Notes under the pieces: model-generated
Database searches by the model: none
Seen by the model: only the letters and a program-made list of their open reading frames with translations
Told to the model about the DNA's origin: nothing
In this document: piece after piece, positions 36,235 through 46,390 of the stretch
Numbering within the stretch: the first letter of the stretch is position 1
Layout of the letters: each line of letters starts with the position of its first letter
Translations under genes and position numbers: made by a program
From: Botryllus schlosseri
Taxonomy: Eukaryota
Assembly (NCBI GenBank): GCA_051294905.1
Contig: CM119373.1
Span: forward strand, 28,892,001 to 28,956,000
DNA: 64,000 bases
Direction of reading: 5' to 3'

Positions 36235-36852
36235 ATGTCTGTTCAACCACAAGTTTTGGTGCAACACCAAGGACAAGCTCGAAGTGGAAGAATCCATGTC
36301 GGATACATCAGCAACATTCGTAAATTTGGAATAGCCGAACTAACTCTGGGGTCGTTTATATTTGTTGTCGGGATCGGCACGGTCTTGCTCACGAAAGCTG
36401 AGATCATAAAGTACTTCGAGAGTCTCGGTTACCCGTCTGTCTCGGTTACTGTCAATTTGTTCGCCACGACACCCTTTATTTGGTGCGGGCCCGTTGCTAT
36501 TAAAACTGGCATTTGGGGTGTCGTTATAAAATCACGGCCAACCGAATCCGTTCACACATGGAATACGGTAATGGCCATAATTTGTGCGCTCACAGCGTTT
36601 TCTGCACTAGTGTTCTCTGGTGTCAGAGCGTACCAATCTTCAGCTATTTCTGCTGGTTTGGTAGCTATCCAAGCCGTCATGGCACTGTTAAATGTGGGTT
36701 TGCTGATGGTGAGCATAAATCACGTAAAACTTAGCACGCGTGGCGGAGAGCAAGGTATCGATAGCGGCCCTTATCACATCGCCTTCTCCCAACAGCAAAA
36801 CAGGATGGGTGCGCCGCCTCCGCACGGCCAAGGTGAAAACTTGCAACAATAG
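36235..36852 (+). CDS. CD20/MS4A-like four-TM protein C, 205 aa, intronless CDS, tail shortened by a frameshift
   Basis: Four hydrophobic segments; FGIAELTLGSFIFVVG and PFIWCGPVAIKTG; homologous to 41598-42269 and 59130-59834. Confidence 0.75.
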   Translation: MSVQPQVLVQHQGQARSGRIHVGYISNIRKFGIAELTLGSFIFVVGIGTVLLTKAEIIKYFESLGYPSVSVTVNLFATTPFIWCGPVAIKTGIWGVVIKSRPTESVHTWNTVMAIICALTAFSALVFSGVRAYQSSAISAGLVAIQAVMALLNVGLLMVSINHVKLSTRGGEQGIDSGPYHIAFSQQQNRMGAPPPHGQGENLQQ

Positions 36853-38166
36853 GAACCAGCGCACTGCACAGATTCCAGTGGCTTCACTGTATCCATACAA
36901 AGCGGATGGGACAAGGTCATAGCTGTTACCAAAAGACAATCGTAGTAACGAAGCAATGACACCCCGAACTGCACATCATCCTTTTCCTATATGTTAATCA
37001 TGCTTATACTCGATTTAATTCAACATATTAACGTATAGCCAATGGAGTAGCCTAGAGTGTATCTTAACCATTTTGCTAAAGTACCGGTCAAAAGTGTACG
37101 ACCTCCCTCGCACAAATATTGAGGTATTTATCGTAGGTATACTCTTCAATATTTCTCGAATCATATATCATTGCGTATTCGATAATAATAATATCGCATA
37201 TATAAGCCCAATATTGTAAGTAAACAGGAAGTGATTTCCCACTGTGGTGGTAAGACCAAAACTTGCCCGTGAAACACATTCGCAGCTTCCCGGCTATAGG
37301 CACTCGGTATCACAGGATGACTTGAAGCAACAAACGTTACGAATGCTTGACATCCCCATCACAATCAGCGTGATTGTGCTGACGAATAAAATAAACTGCA
37401 ATTCTATACTTTCTTTAACAGCCTAGTTGTCGTTGGTCCTACTTCCATCGTTTTACTCTGCGTGTGATATACATCGCTATTTCAGAATAACTTCAAGATG
37501 AGCTGCTAGGATGAAATGACTTGACTATGACTATGACTAGAACCACTGCTATATGCGATAAGGGTTGGGGAAATTGACAAATTGAATCGGTATTCTTATT
37601 TCAGTGTCCTAACACAGTAGTTTTGAAATTTGTGAATTCGTGTTATTCACCTGGTGCCGGAATTCAACACTTGAACAGGGCTGACACTGCAAATGTCCTT
37701 GTGCTGGAGCTTGTTGCATACGTATGGCAGCATAAATTGTCCATTCGGGCTCTGAACATACTGCGGTTGCGGTTGGTACACCACATTCGACTGCGGAAGT
37801 AGACTATATACAAAACCGATTGGTTTACTCTGGAGGTTATCCCGTAGCATACCCCGCCGCAGCAAAATGAGGCATGAAATATCGTTACAACCATCGATGC
37901 AAGATTAAGCAATGTTACAATGACGTGTATTGCGAGCAATGCTGATGAGTAACTGGAGAAAGCGGCTGCAATGCCCGATATAAAAGTCGATGCGAATGTA
38001 ACGCAACCAGCAATTATCTCCGATGTCATATTCGCGATGCGCATACATCTTGAGCGATCGAACCTAATACGTATTCTCAATATCCCTGTGTCAATAACCC
38101 ATAATCCTTCCCATATTCCCGGCGATGAATTCGTGAACCTTTCCGGGATGCGATAAGTAGTGAGGG

Positions 38167-38448
38167 ATTGTTTGTTTGTTATTTATGATATTTGCCGACT
38201 ACCATGGTCAATTGGTCATTTACACCAGGTCTATTTGCTTCAATTCAATCCTGTATCTGCCGACTCGTACCACGGCTCACTTCTTTTTTTTTATGAGACA
38301 TTGCTTGCAGGGACGAGTAGGCGAGGAAGAGCCTGGATAAGCCTCCAACACTTAGGTTGGAATTATGGAGTCGACCTCGGTAGGACTCAAACGCGCAGCA
38401 TACAGGTGTTGCAGCAGTGTATTAAGCCACTACGCTATCTCGCCACAC
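38167..38448 (-). mobile_element. tRNA-derived SINE inside gene D
   Basis: 12-bp TSD aagtagtgaggg (38155-38166, 38449-38460); A and B boxes. Confidence 0.9.
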
Positions 38449-38462
38449 AAGTAGTGAGGGTA

Positions 38463-38934
38463 TGTATATATAGAGGGTTTTATGGTGCTCGACTACTATG
38501 GTGTTGTGCACCAGGCCTGAGGGAACTATAGTTGAATCAGATACGCCTACGCAAGACAAAAAATGTATTGCCGGATTAACCATGAGCGGGTCAGTTAACA
38601 GACATTCCAAGTTAAAGCCCACACTTTTTCGTCCAGATACATTTTTAAATATTGTCTCCGGTGCTCGTATCGAGGACATGTCAATAGAAAATGTTCGACA
38701 GTTTCTGGTACGCTGCACGTTTCGCAGAGACCACTGTCATTACAACTCAAACGATGGAGGTGCGGGTTCAATTTACAGTGTCCAGTTTGTGGTCGCAATA
38801 TAATCGATGATTCCCTCAGCGACAAATTTCGTGGACGGAAAATGCATGAGAACGGTGCGTGCGTACGAAGATACGTATAGTCTCGCTCGATGCCGTTCAA
38901 TTGCGACACGCACTTCTCAATACATATTCCCTTG
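38463..38934 (-). mobile_element. 5'-truncated I-group LINE inside gene D
   Basis: QTGHCKLNPHLHRLSCNDSGLCETCSVPETVEHFLLTCPRY; 10-bp TSD agtgagggta (38453-38462, 38935-38944). Confidence 0.85.
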
Positions 38935-39924
38935 AGTGAGGGTAGTTGGACGCTAATACCACACGCTTTCGCGTTCCGTGATACATAGAGTCACCATCGC
39001 TACAATTGATACAGCATCCATCACTATTTCCGCAATGCCAAGTCTAAATATTATGGTCTTATTTTTCGAGCGTGGATCTTTATTCGACACCGCAATCGGC
39101 ACTGCAGTCACGGTCGTATTGCTTGATTACTTCCGGGAGCTTGAAAACGGCTAACGTCGTCGTTTTCGAAACTGATCAATCCTTTCGTAACAGCGAAACG
39201 ATTACCAAAATCACCTGATATATTTATAAAGAATATAGGTCGAGGATGTCGAACCTGCGAAGGTGAATAATAAGTAATGCAACCGTTAACACGTAATTTT
39301 ATAGGCATTCGTGGGCAACCGTCAATATACAATTCCAATTTAAAAATTGTCTCGAAAGCCGACCTATATAATACACGGAATCGCACCCACCCAATTGACA
39401 GATGTGAATCACGAGCTCAGTGTAGATCGCAGATAGGTAGATTTACAACTTCAAATTTGAGTCCTGCCCCGATTCGAACTTCGAAGTCACATTTCCTGGC
39501 TACCATAATCCAGGTCTAATACGCGATTCTGTGGCGCTTACTTGCGTGTGGTTGGTTGGTTGGTATTTATTTAGTTACAAAAGTCATGCTTTACAATAAA
39601 GATTCAAGCAGGATCAAAAAGCACTGATCCGGCTCAGGCAGAAATTATAAAAATCCATCCGAATATCGAACCCGGCTCCGGTCGATGGTCCACACTACTA
39701 CTAGTCTACTTCTACTTACGAAAAGATTACCCCGATAGACTTACGTCCGTGAATAAATATCGAGTATATAGCTTCATAATTTGAACTGGAACCTCATCGA
39801 TAACTTTCAAGCATTCTCAATCGTTAAATATACATTCATGTCGTAGCGGATCAGGCTGGGTATAATGGTTCGAGACTGAAAGGTAAAGTACTAACGAAAA
39901 TTATAGTTTTGATACTATTTCCTA

Positions 39925-40230
39925 CTGAGGAAGCCTTGAAACCTTGATAGGCTGTGTCGCAGCATACGAGATATAGTAGAGAGCTACGAACGGTACTGGA
40001 AATAACACATTTCCGAAGTCACGATCATCCCACAACATTGCCCAGAAGCGTAATGAAATCGATATGGCCGAAAGAATACTGAAGTATCTTTAATGTGACT
40101 GATAACAGGCATCATGTTCTTTGTGGAGGAATATAAGGTACATATATGAACTTGGACATCGTACATTCTGTTGTGACGTCATCATGTTTGATACTCGAAT
40201 ACTCGAAACTCGACTCGAAGCTTAACTCGG
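39925..40230. repeat. Partial copy of the MITE at 44093-44608
   Basis: gaaaccttgat...gtgtcgcagcatac...tgtgacgtcat...actcg shared with 44270-44560. Confidence 0.7.
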
Positions 40231-40789
40231 AAATTGTGAGCCTGTGCGCAGTATTGTAGTTGATATGCATGAATACAAATTATCGTGCGAATGAATTATA
40301 AAAGCCATAGCCCCGATTTATAAATAACATATACAATAGCAACGTTACTAAATGTGACTGCCGAATTATTTTTCGGTGTATATAATTACATAATTTTAAT
40401 CAGTCTCTCTCTCTCTCGCTTGCATTCCAACGGTGTATAGCTGATCAACGTTGAATTCATGGGGATATAATGCAATCAGCGTGGGTCGGTTATAGAGAGC
40501 CCCAATAATACATTGACACGCAGATTCAGTCAGAAACGTGACTGAATCTACTCTATTGGATATGGTAACGGTGATATGGATGCAAAGTGCGCCTTCTACT
40601 TACCCCGGAGCGTCGTTAATGTATTTGCGGAACTGTTCTTCAATTTCAACAGTTTGCTTCAAAGGCTATGGCTATAGTCTATGCGTTAATTTCTACTTCA
40701 TCGACTCCCACCGACTTTGAATTGGTATTTCATTATAGTTTTTGCTATTGCCTCATTTTTCACAAAAAGGAATTCTAGCTCCAAGTAGC

Positions 40790-43140
40790 TTTACCGTTTC
40801 TCGCACTGTCGCCGACATCCTTTAAATTGAATACGCCACACAATTAACGGAACAGAATCGAACAAAACGAATAACCACTAGGGATTCAAAGTAAAGTTGG
40901 TGAACTAATGTTTTCTTCTCAATATCACGGTGATCCTAAGGTTCTGACGCTGCTGTTCCGTCGGCATCATTGATCATTCAACGAATATTATTGACGAATA
41001 ATAAATTTGACTCTGGAGTATCATTGCCAGGAAGCAATTTGATAATTCATTTCAGGAATACAATAAATATCGTTTACCGAACAAACACCCACAACCTTCA
41101 TGATCGCGCTATTGATTTATTACATTTGTCAAATGTTCTGTTCAGACATAAGGCGAAGGATTTGCGGGACGAAATGTCGTGGAAATGCATTGGTTACTAT
41201 GAGTAGCATCCTAATGAACGTAATATATTCCCAAATATAAACGAGTTCATGCAATTAAAGTTACGTTTCAACATTGAGAAGATAATACTTATATTAATTT
41301 GTAATATGGCCAATACAATTGTGTGCTTGTGCATGGAAAAAACACCCAAAACTGGAAATAAAATTACAAATTCTTAACATATTACCTCACACAAGCGATA
41401 GATTCAATTCGTTCGTTTTTACATGGATATTCTGAAGCCCCACGACTAAAGCATAAACATAATGACACAAAATCGTAATAAATGATCATAAATGGATTAC
41501 ACAGACATCCCTAACATTCATATGCATATACGTCTACGGAGTCCATTACTTTGTTTCCACTAATGTGACCGGTTATGGCATGGTTCCCTGCATTTTTTTA
41601 TGGATAGGGTGATGCTATGGGAATCTGACCCGTCGGTTGATTGGTATTTTGTTGTTGCCAGTTTTGTTCCGGATCATAGGTGGGCGGCGCGTTTAAATAT
41701 CCGTTCGGCTGCTGGGCTAGGGTTATTTGAGACTGTACACCTTCGGGGATTGCCACGAAACGCGCGCCACCGTAGCAAAGTACAGCATGAATTATGCACA
41801 CTATCATTAGAACTGAAGCCAGCACTGCCGTTAGGGCGTGGAGTAAGACTACACGTGTGGAGATTTTTGAGAATTCGGCCGCTCTGATACCGGACAATAC
41901 CACTGCAGAGAGGGCAACCACCACGCATATTATGGCGAATGACAAATTGGTGACGTGACTGGGTTTCGTTGGTTGCAAACCTGTACCCACGCCTCCGGTG
42001 ACTATAGCGACTGCTCCGCACCAAATGAACGGCGTATAGGTGAAAAAATTTATAGTGATTGAACAATAGCTGATGCTATTGCTCTCGCAGTACTTTAAGA
42101 ATTCGGGAATCGTTATAATCGTATTTGCCAATCCAACAGCAATCACCAACACTCCCAATACTATTTCGGCGACTCCCAATTTCCGAACTTTGCTCGTGTG
42201 TCGGACAAGAGGTCCTCTAATTTCGGTGGATTCTTGAATTGGTCCGTGGATATCTTGATGAACAGACATTCTTGATTGCTAGTCTAACAGGACAATAAAC
42301 TTCAAGTCTGCTAAAATCGGTAAATAGAAGCTGTGAAATCGAGGTTATGTATGCTTTCTGACTAATATAGATAGGCCTTTACAGAATCTGTCTATAGTAC
42401 ACTCAGATTAAACAATTATTATTAGTCTGATTGCCAAGAAATAACCATGGTTTTTACTTAGACTATCGCAGTATTCTCAAACGCGGAATATAATATTATC
42501 AAAGTGAAACAAACAATGAATATTGAGAAGCAAGGGTTGGTTGGTACCAGCATGGTATATTCAGAACTAGAGCGACTATTTTAAGTTGACCATAAACTTC
42601 CAATCCCACTGAGGAAGCACTAGGCTATACTGGAAATATCTACAGTAAAGATAGTCTGGCCCTTTCGATTGCATATCGGTTCTAGTCAATGTCAATTACG
42701 GGCATGGATATCCAGTACGCAGCAAAATACTTTCATGCTCTCGTCAAGTGGTATGGGCTATATTACATCGCGATAACTGGAAGCCCGCTACCGAATGTGA
42801 ATAAAAACACTTCGAGTGATATAACACAAAACTTCACGCGGGGATATTAAATCAGGCCCACCGGCACCAGTGTCTCTTATGAATATGAATATTCCTCAAT
42901 AAATTATGTGATAAACTTTGCACGTTACTCTATATTGTTTTTGCAGTTTATACTTTTCGTATGTCAAATGCAGGAGGAGATTTTAGCACCCTCTTGTCAG
43001 TCGCGCAAGCATACTGCAGCATGCGGCCAAAATATGACCATCATAACAGACAGAACATGCGCTAGCTTTTCAAGAGTCGAACATCACAGAATTGCAGACA
43101 TCCACATTTGATTCCGCTTAATAAATTCAGCAGAACATAT
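40790..43140. repeat. Duplicated ~2.4-kb block containing gene E; paralog at 58310-60760
   Basis: Collinear non-coding similarity on both sides of the CDS, e.g. aacaaaacgaataa.cact..ggattcaaagt, gtcggcatcattgatc and aagtctgc..aaatcggtaa. Confidence 0.8.
41598..42269 (-). CDS. CD20/MS4A-like four-TM protein E, 223 aa, intronless CDS
   Basis: LGVAEIVLGVLVIAVG; TPFIWCGAVAIVTGGVG; four TM segments; P/Q-rich tail with PPTY. Confidence 0.82.
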   Translation of the reverse strand: MSVHQDIHGPIQESTEIRGPLVRHTSKVRKLGVAEIVLGVLVIAVGLANTIITIPEFLKYCESNSISYCSITINFFTYTPFIWCGAVAIVTGGVGTGLQPTKPSHVTNLSFAIICVVVALSAVVLSGIRAAEFSKISTRVVLLHALTAVLASVLMIVCIIHAVLCYGGARFVAIPEGVQSQITLAQQPNGYLNAPPTYDPEQNWQQQNTNQPTGQIPIASPYP

Positions 43141-43639
43141 GCAATTATATAATTATAGCTTATTGATATTCGTGTGCGGCCTCAAATGATTTTCCAGTTT
43201 TAGATCATTATAGTTTTCATCATGTTGTTATTTAACTACAATGGTAATTTAATCCAAGATATTCATTTTCATTCTGTGGCTGCCGACTTGAGCCTACGTA
43301 CACTGTAAAAAATAAAGGTGGGTTTTTGGCAAAAATGGAGGAAGAAACTATAATCCTTCCTTTTACGAGAGGTAGATTATGCCATACACCTGTCAAGAAG
43401 GTATCATACATTTTCCTACCTCCAGAAATACATATTCCACCTCCCAAAACCCTCCTATAAAGTGATATATACGATACATTACTTTATAGGAGGGTTTTGG
43501 GAGGTGGAAGATATATTTAAAAAACTGCATCGCGCATAATAGCTCCGATAGTTATCATGCATATTCCAGTCAAAATACATACAATTTCTACTGAATCAAT
43601 ACCATAGTCAGATCAAGATTACCGGACCATCGACCTGAC

Positions 43640-44081
43640 GGTTCTATACCAATACCGAGAAAACCATTACCGAGAATGGACATTACCGAGAATGCCATTA
43701 CCGAGAATGGATATTACCGAGAACGGACATTACCGAGAATGGTCATTACCGAGAATGGACACCACCGAGAATGGACATTACCGAGAATGGTCAATGTCAA
43801 GAATATAGATTACTGGGACTGACGTTGTCGAGAAATTTATACCTGAGCATCGATACCGAATGTGGCAACGCCGTGATGCACTCACGGCACGACCTGTGCA
43901 TATGCATAACATGCCTGTATTGCATATATTGCATTCTCGGTAATGTCCATTATCGGTGGTGTCCATTCTAGGTAATGTCCATTCTCGGTGGTGTCCATTC
44001 TCGGTAATGTCCATTCTCGGTGGTGTCCATTCTCGGTAATGGCATTCTCGGTAATGGTTTTCTCGGTATTGTCCGGACACC
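43640..44081. mobile_element. Mutator-type foldback MITE with inverted arrays of a 15-bp unit
   Basis: 9-bp TSD cgacctgac (43631-43639, 44082-44090); (cattaccgagaatgg)n on the left and its reverse complement on the right. Confidence 0.8.
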
Positions 44082-44092
44082 CGACCTGACAT

Positions 44093-44608
44093 TAAGGCTG
44101 CTGGGCACAATGATTCGAGTACTCGAATCTGAATCGAGTATTAATTTTAATGATTCGAGTCGAGTAGTAAAATACGATTTTTTCGAGTACTGAAATTATA
44201 CGCTCTTCGCAACTGACAGTTAATTTATCAACGAGAATTCTAGTTTTGACACTATTTTCCACCGAGAAAGCCTTGAAACCTTGATTGGCCGTGTCGCAGC
44301 ATACCAGACATAGTACAAAGCTACGAACGATACTGGAAAAACATATTTCCGAAGTCATGATCATCGCAAAACATTGTCAAGAAGTGTAATGAAATCGGTA
44401 TGGTCGAAAAATACCAAAGTATCTTTAATGTGACGGATAACAGCCATTATGTTCTTTGCGATGGCATAAAAGGTACATATTTGAACTTCGACATAGTACA
44501 GTCTTTTGTGACGTCATAATGAGTGATACTCGATTACTCGACTCGACTCGAAGCATATTACGTGATTCAGAATCGAATCACTCAGGTACTCGATTTTGCC
44601 CAGCCCTA
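44093..44608. mobile_element. hAT-type MITE with ACTCGA repeats
   Basis: Ends taaggctgctgggca / tgcccagcccta; perfect TSD cctgacat. Confidence 0.85.
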
Positions 44609-46274
44609 CCTGACATATCGATCCAATTTTTTTTATCACCTGCATGTCCTTTTATATCATCATTCTTTTACTCTTCGCATGCAGTGCACATATACTGCTC
44701 CGACTCCGGCTCCGACTCCGGACTGTGGCCATCTCTGCACGTGGCCCATGCACAGATATCGATCTATAGTCTTTGAAGAGTTGCAGTCGCTGCAGTTGGT
44801 GGTGTTGGGCGATAGTTGCTCGGTTTATGATTATGGAATGGAATTGTCCCGTTGAGTCGTGCAAGATAAAAGCATTCTCTAGCCGACTATATCTATTAGA
44901 TCATTTACGAAGCATTAGGTTACCGTTACGCGTTACTGATTTTTCTGAGATTCGTAGTAAACAACCAATGCATCACTGTGACATCACAAGCAGCGTCTGC
45001 ATGGTTACGTCAGTACGGTAAGTAGTGACATCACATGGAATAAATATCAATTTATACGCAATTAGATGGGAAAGAAAGGGACTAGATGTAATGATAAATG
45101 CTTCTGTAAAAAAAAAACGACCTAAATCAAACATTATAACGCAGTGGCCTGTAAATATTATTGGTGGCATGTCAGCGGATGAATACCACTTATTTTGAAA
45201 TCGTTAGAGTGGCGTATCGTCGTCTGGCCATTATAGAGATTTGAGCAAAGGGTGGAGCGAAGCTTGTGCTTGAAGAAAGTGGGCACGATCGTTGAAGATT
45301 CCTAGGAATGCTGATTGGGATACGCATCGTAAAAGGTACGTTTAGTAAACCATTTCGAAATGCCGAAATTGATTTCAGTTTAAACATATTGCTGTTGTTG
45401 TTCACAGTAAGCCATTCTGATTCTACTGTGCCCAATATCACTATTCCTTCATCGGTATCCTTCATCGGTATCCTTCATCACTATTCCTTCATCTTCACTT
45501 AATTTTGTACAGAATCTAAAGATCTTGGCTGGATGGCTGCTTTACCCACCATTTTTAATGAAGCATATTCACATTTTTTACTGGTTGACGAGAAGGTATG
45601 AATACTTATTAATATTATATGTTACCAATGCGGACAACTATTCTAGTCGAATAGAGTTATACAATGTTTGCCAAATTTGATTCGCAAGGAAATTGGATTA
45701 GATTTAAATTAACAAAAATTTCAGCAATGAGATTAGAATTTTATTACCGACGGCATCTGTTTGTCAAATCCGCATTACTACGCTAAATATAGATATGGTG
45801 ACTGAGAACTGATCTATAGAACGTGTGTGTGTATTTGACCTGATTCTTTTTCACATACTAACAGACACCAAAGTCTGGATACCCTATCATCTGCTTCAAC
45901 ACTGAAAAGCAAGAGTGGAAAGTCTGTTTTGATGGGGAGCAGGTGCACAACATCCATAACTTTCAAGAGGCATTGGCAGTGATGTTATCCATTCAATGGA
46001 TCTTCGATATGGAGTTCTCACCCAAAATTAAAAATTCCCTGACGTTCTTGTCAGTGATTCTGGAACATTTGCCTGGTGTGCACATCACCAATGCTGTGAA
46101 GAAGAAACTCCGTGCAATGCACCACCAAATAAAATCTTTCGACTGACTAATGACGTCTTGAATTGTAAATAATAAATCCAATGTCATGTCAACATGTGAT
46201 GCATTATATATGTATGTTGCTGTTTGACGAGGATATGCGTATGCCATAATAGGATGGGTTGGTCGGATAGAGGT

Positions 46275-46390
46275 GTAAGGTAGAAAGATAAGGTAGAAAA
46301 ATACCTACCTGTGAAATAAGGTAGAAAAATACCTACCTGTGAAAAAAGGTAGAAAAATACCTACCTATGTGAAAAAAGGTAGAAAATTTT
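46275..46390. repeat. ~30-bp tandem repeat, about 3.5 copies
   Basis: aaggtagaaaaatacctacctgtgaaa units. Confidence 0.85.

Larger units (their letters stand above)
37647..39179 (-). pseudogene. CD20/MS4A-like gene D, disrupted by a SINE, a LINE, a stop and frameshifts
   Basis: LGIAEIVMDAVSIVAMV (~39040) joins in frame, after removing both inserts, to PGIWEGLWVIDTG...FHASFCCGGVCYG. The tail SKPIGFVYSLLPQ is in a shifted frame. The probable start has decayed to TTG at 39179. Confidence 0.78.

Noticed and set aside
39108-39386. 92-aa ORF as a separate gene
   Set aside because: Its 3' end overlaps the decayed start of gene D; the rest looks like that gene's non-coding upstream region.
43650-44070. 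Regular 15-bp repeats resembling a CRISPR array
   Set aside because: No unique spacers, no cas genes, eukaryotic context; the arrays are inverted and bounded by a 9-bp TSD.
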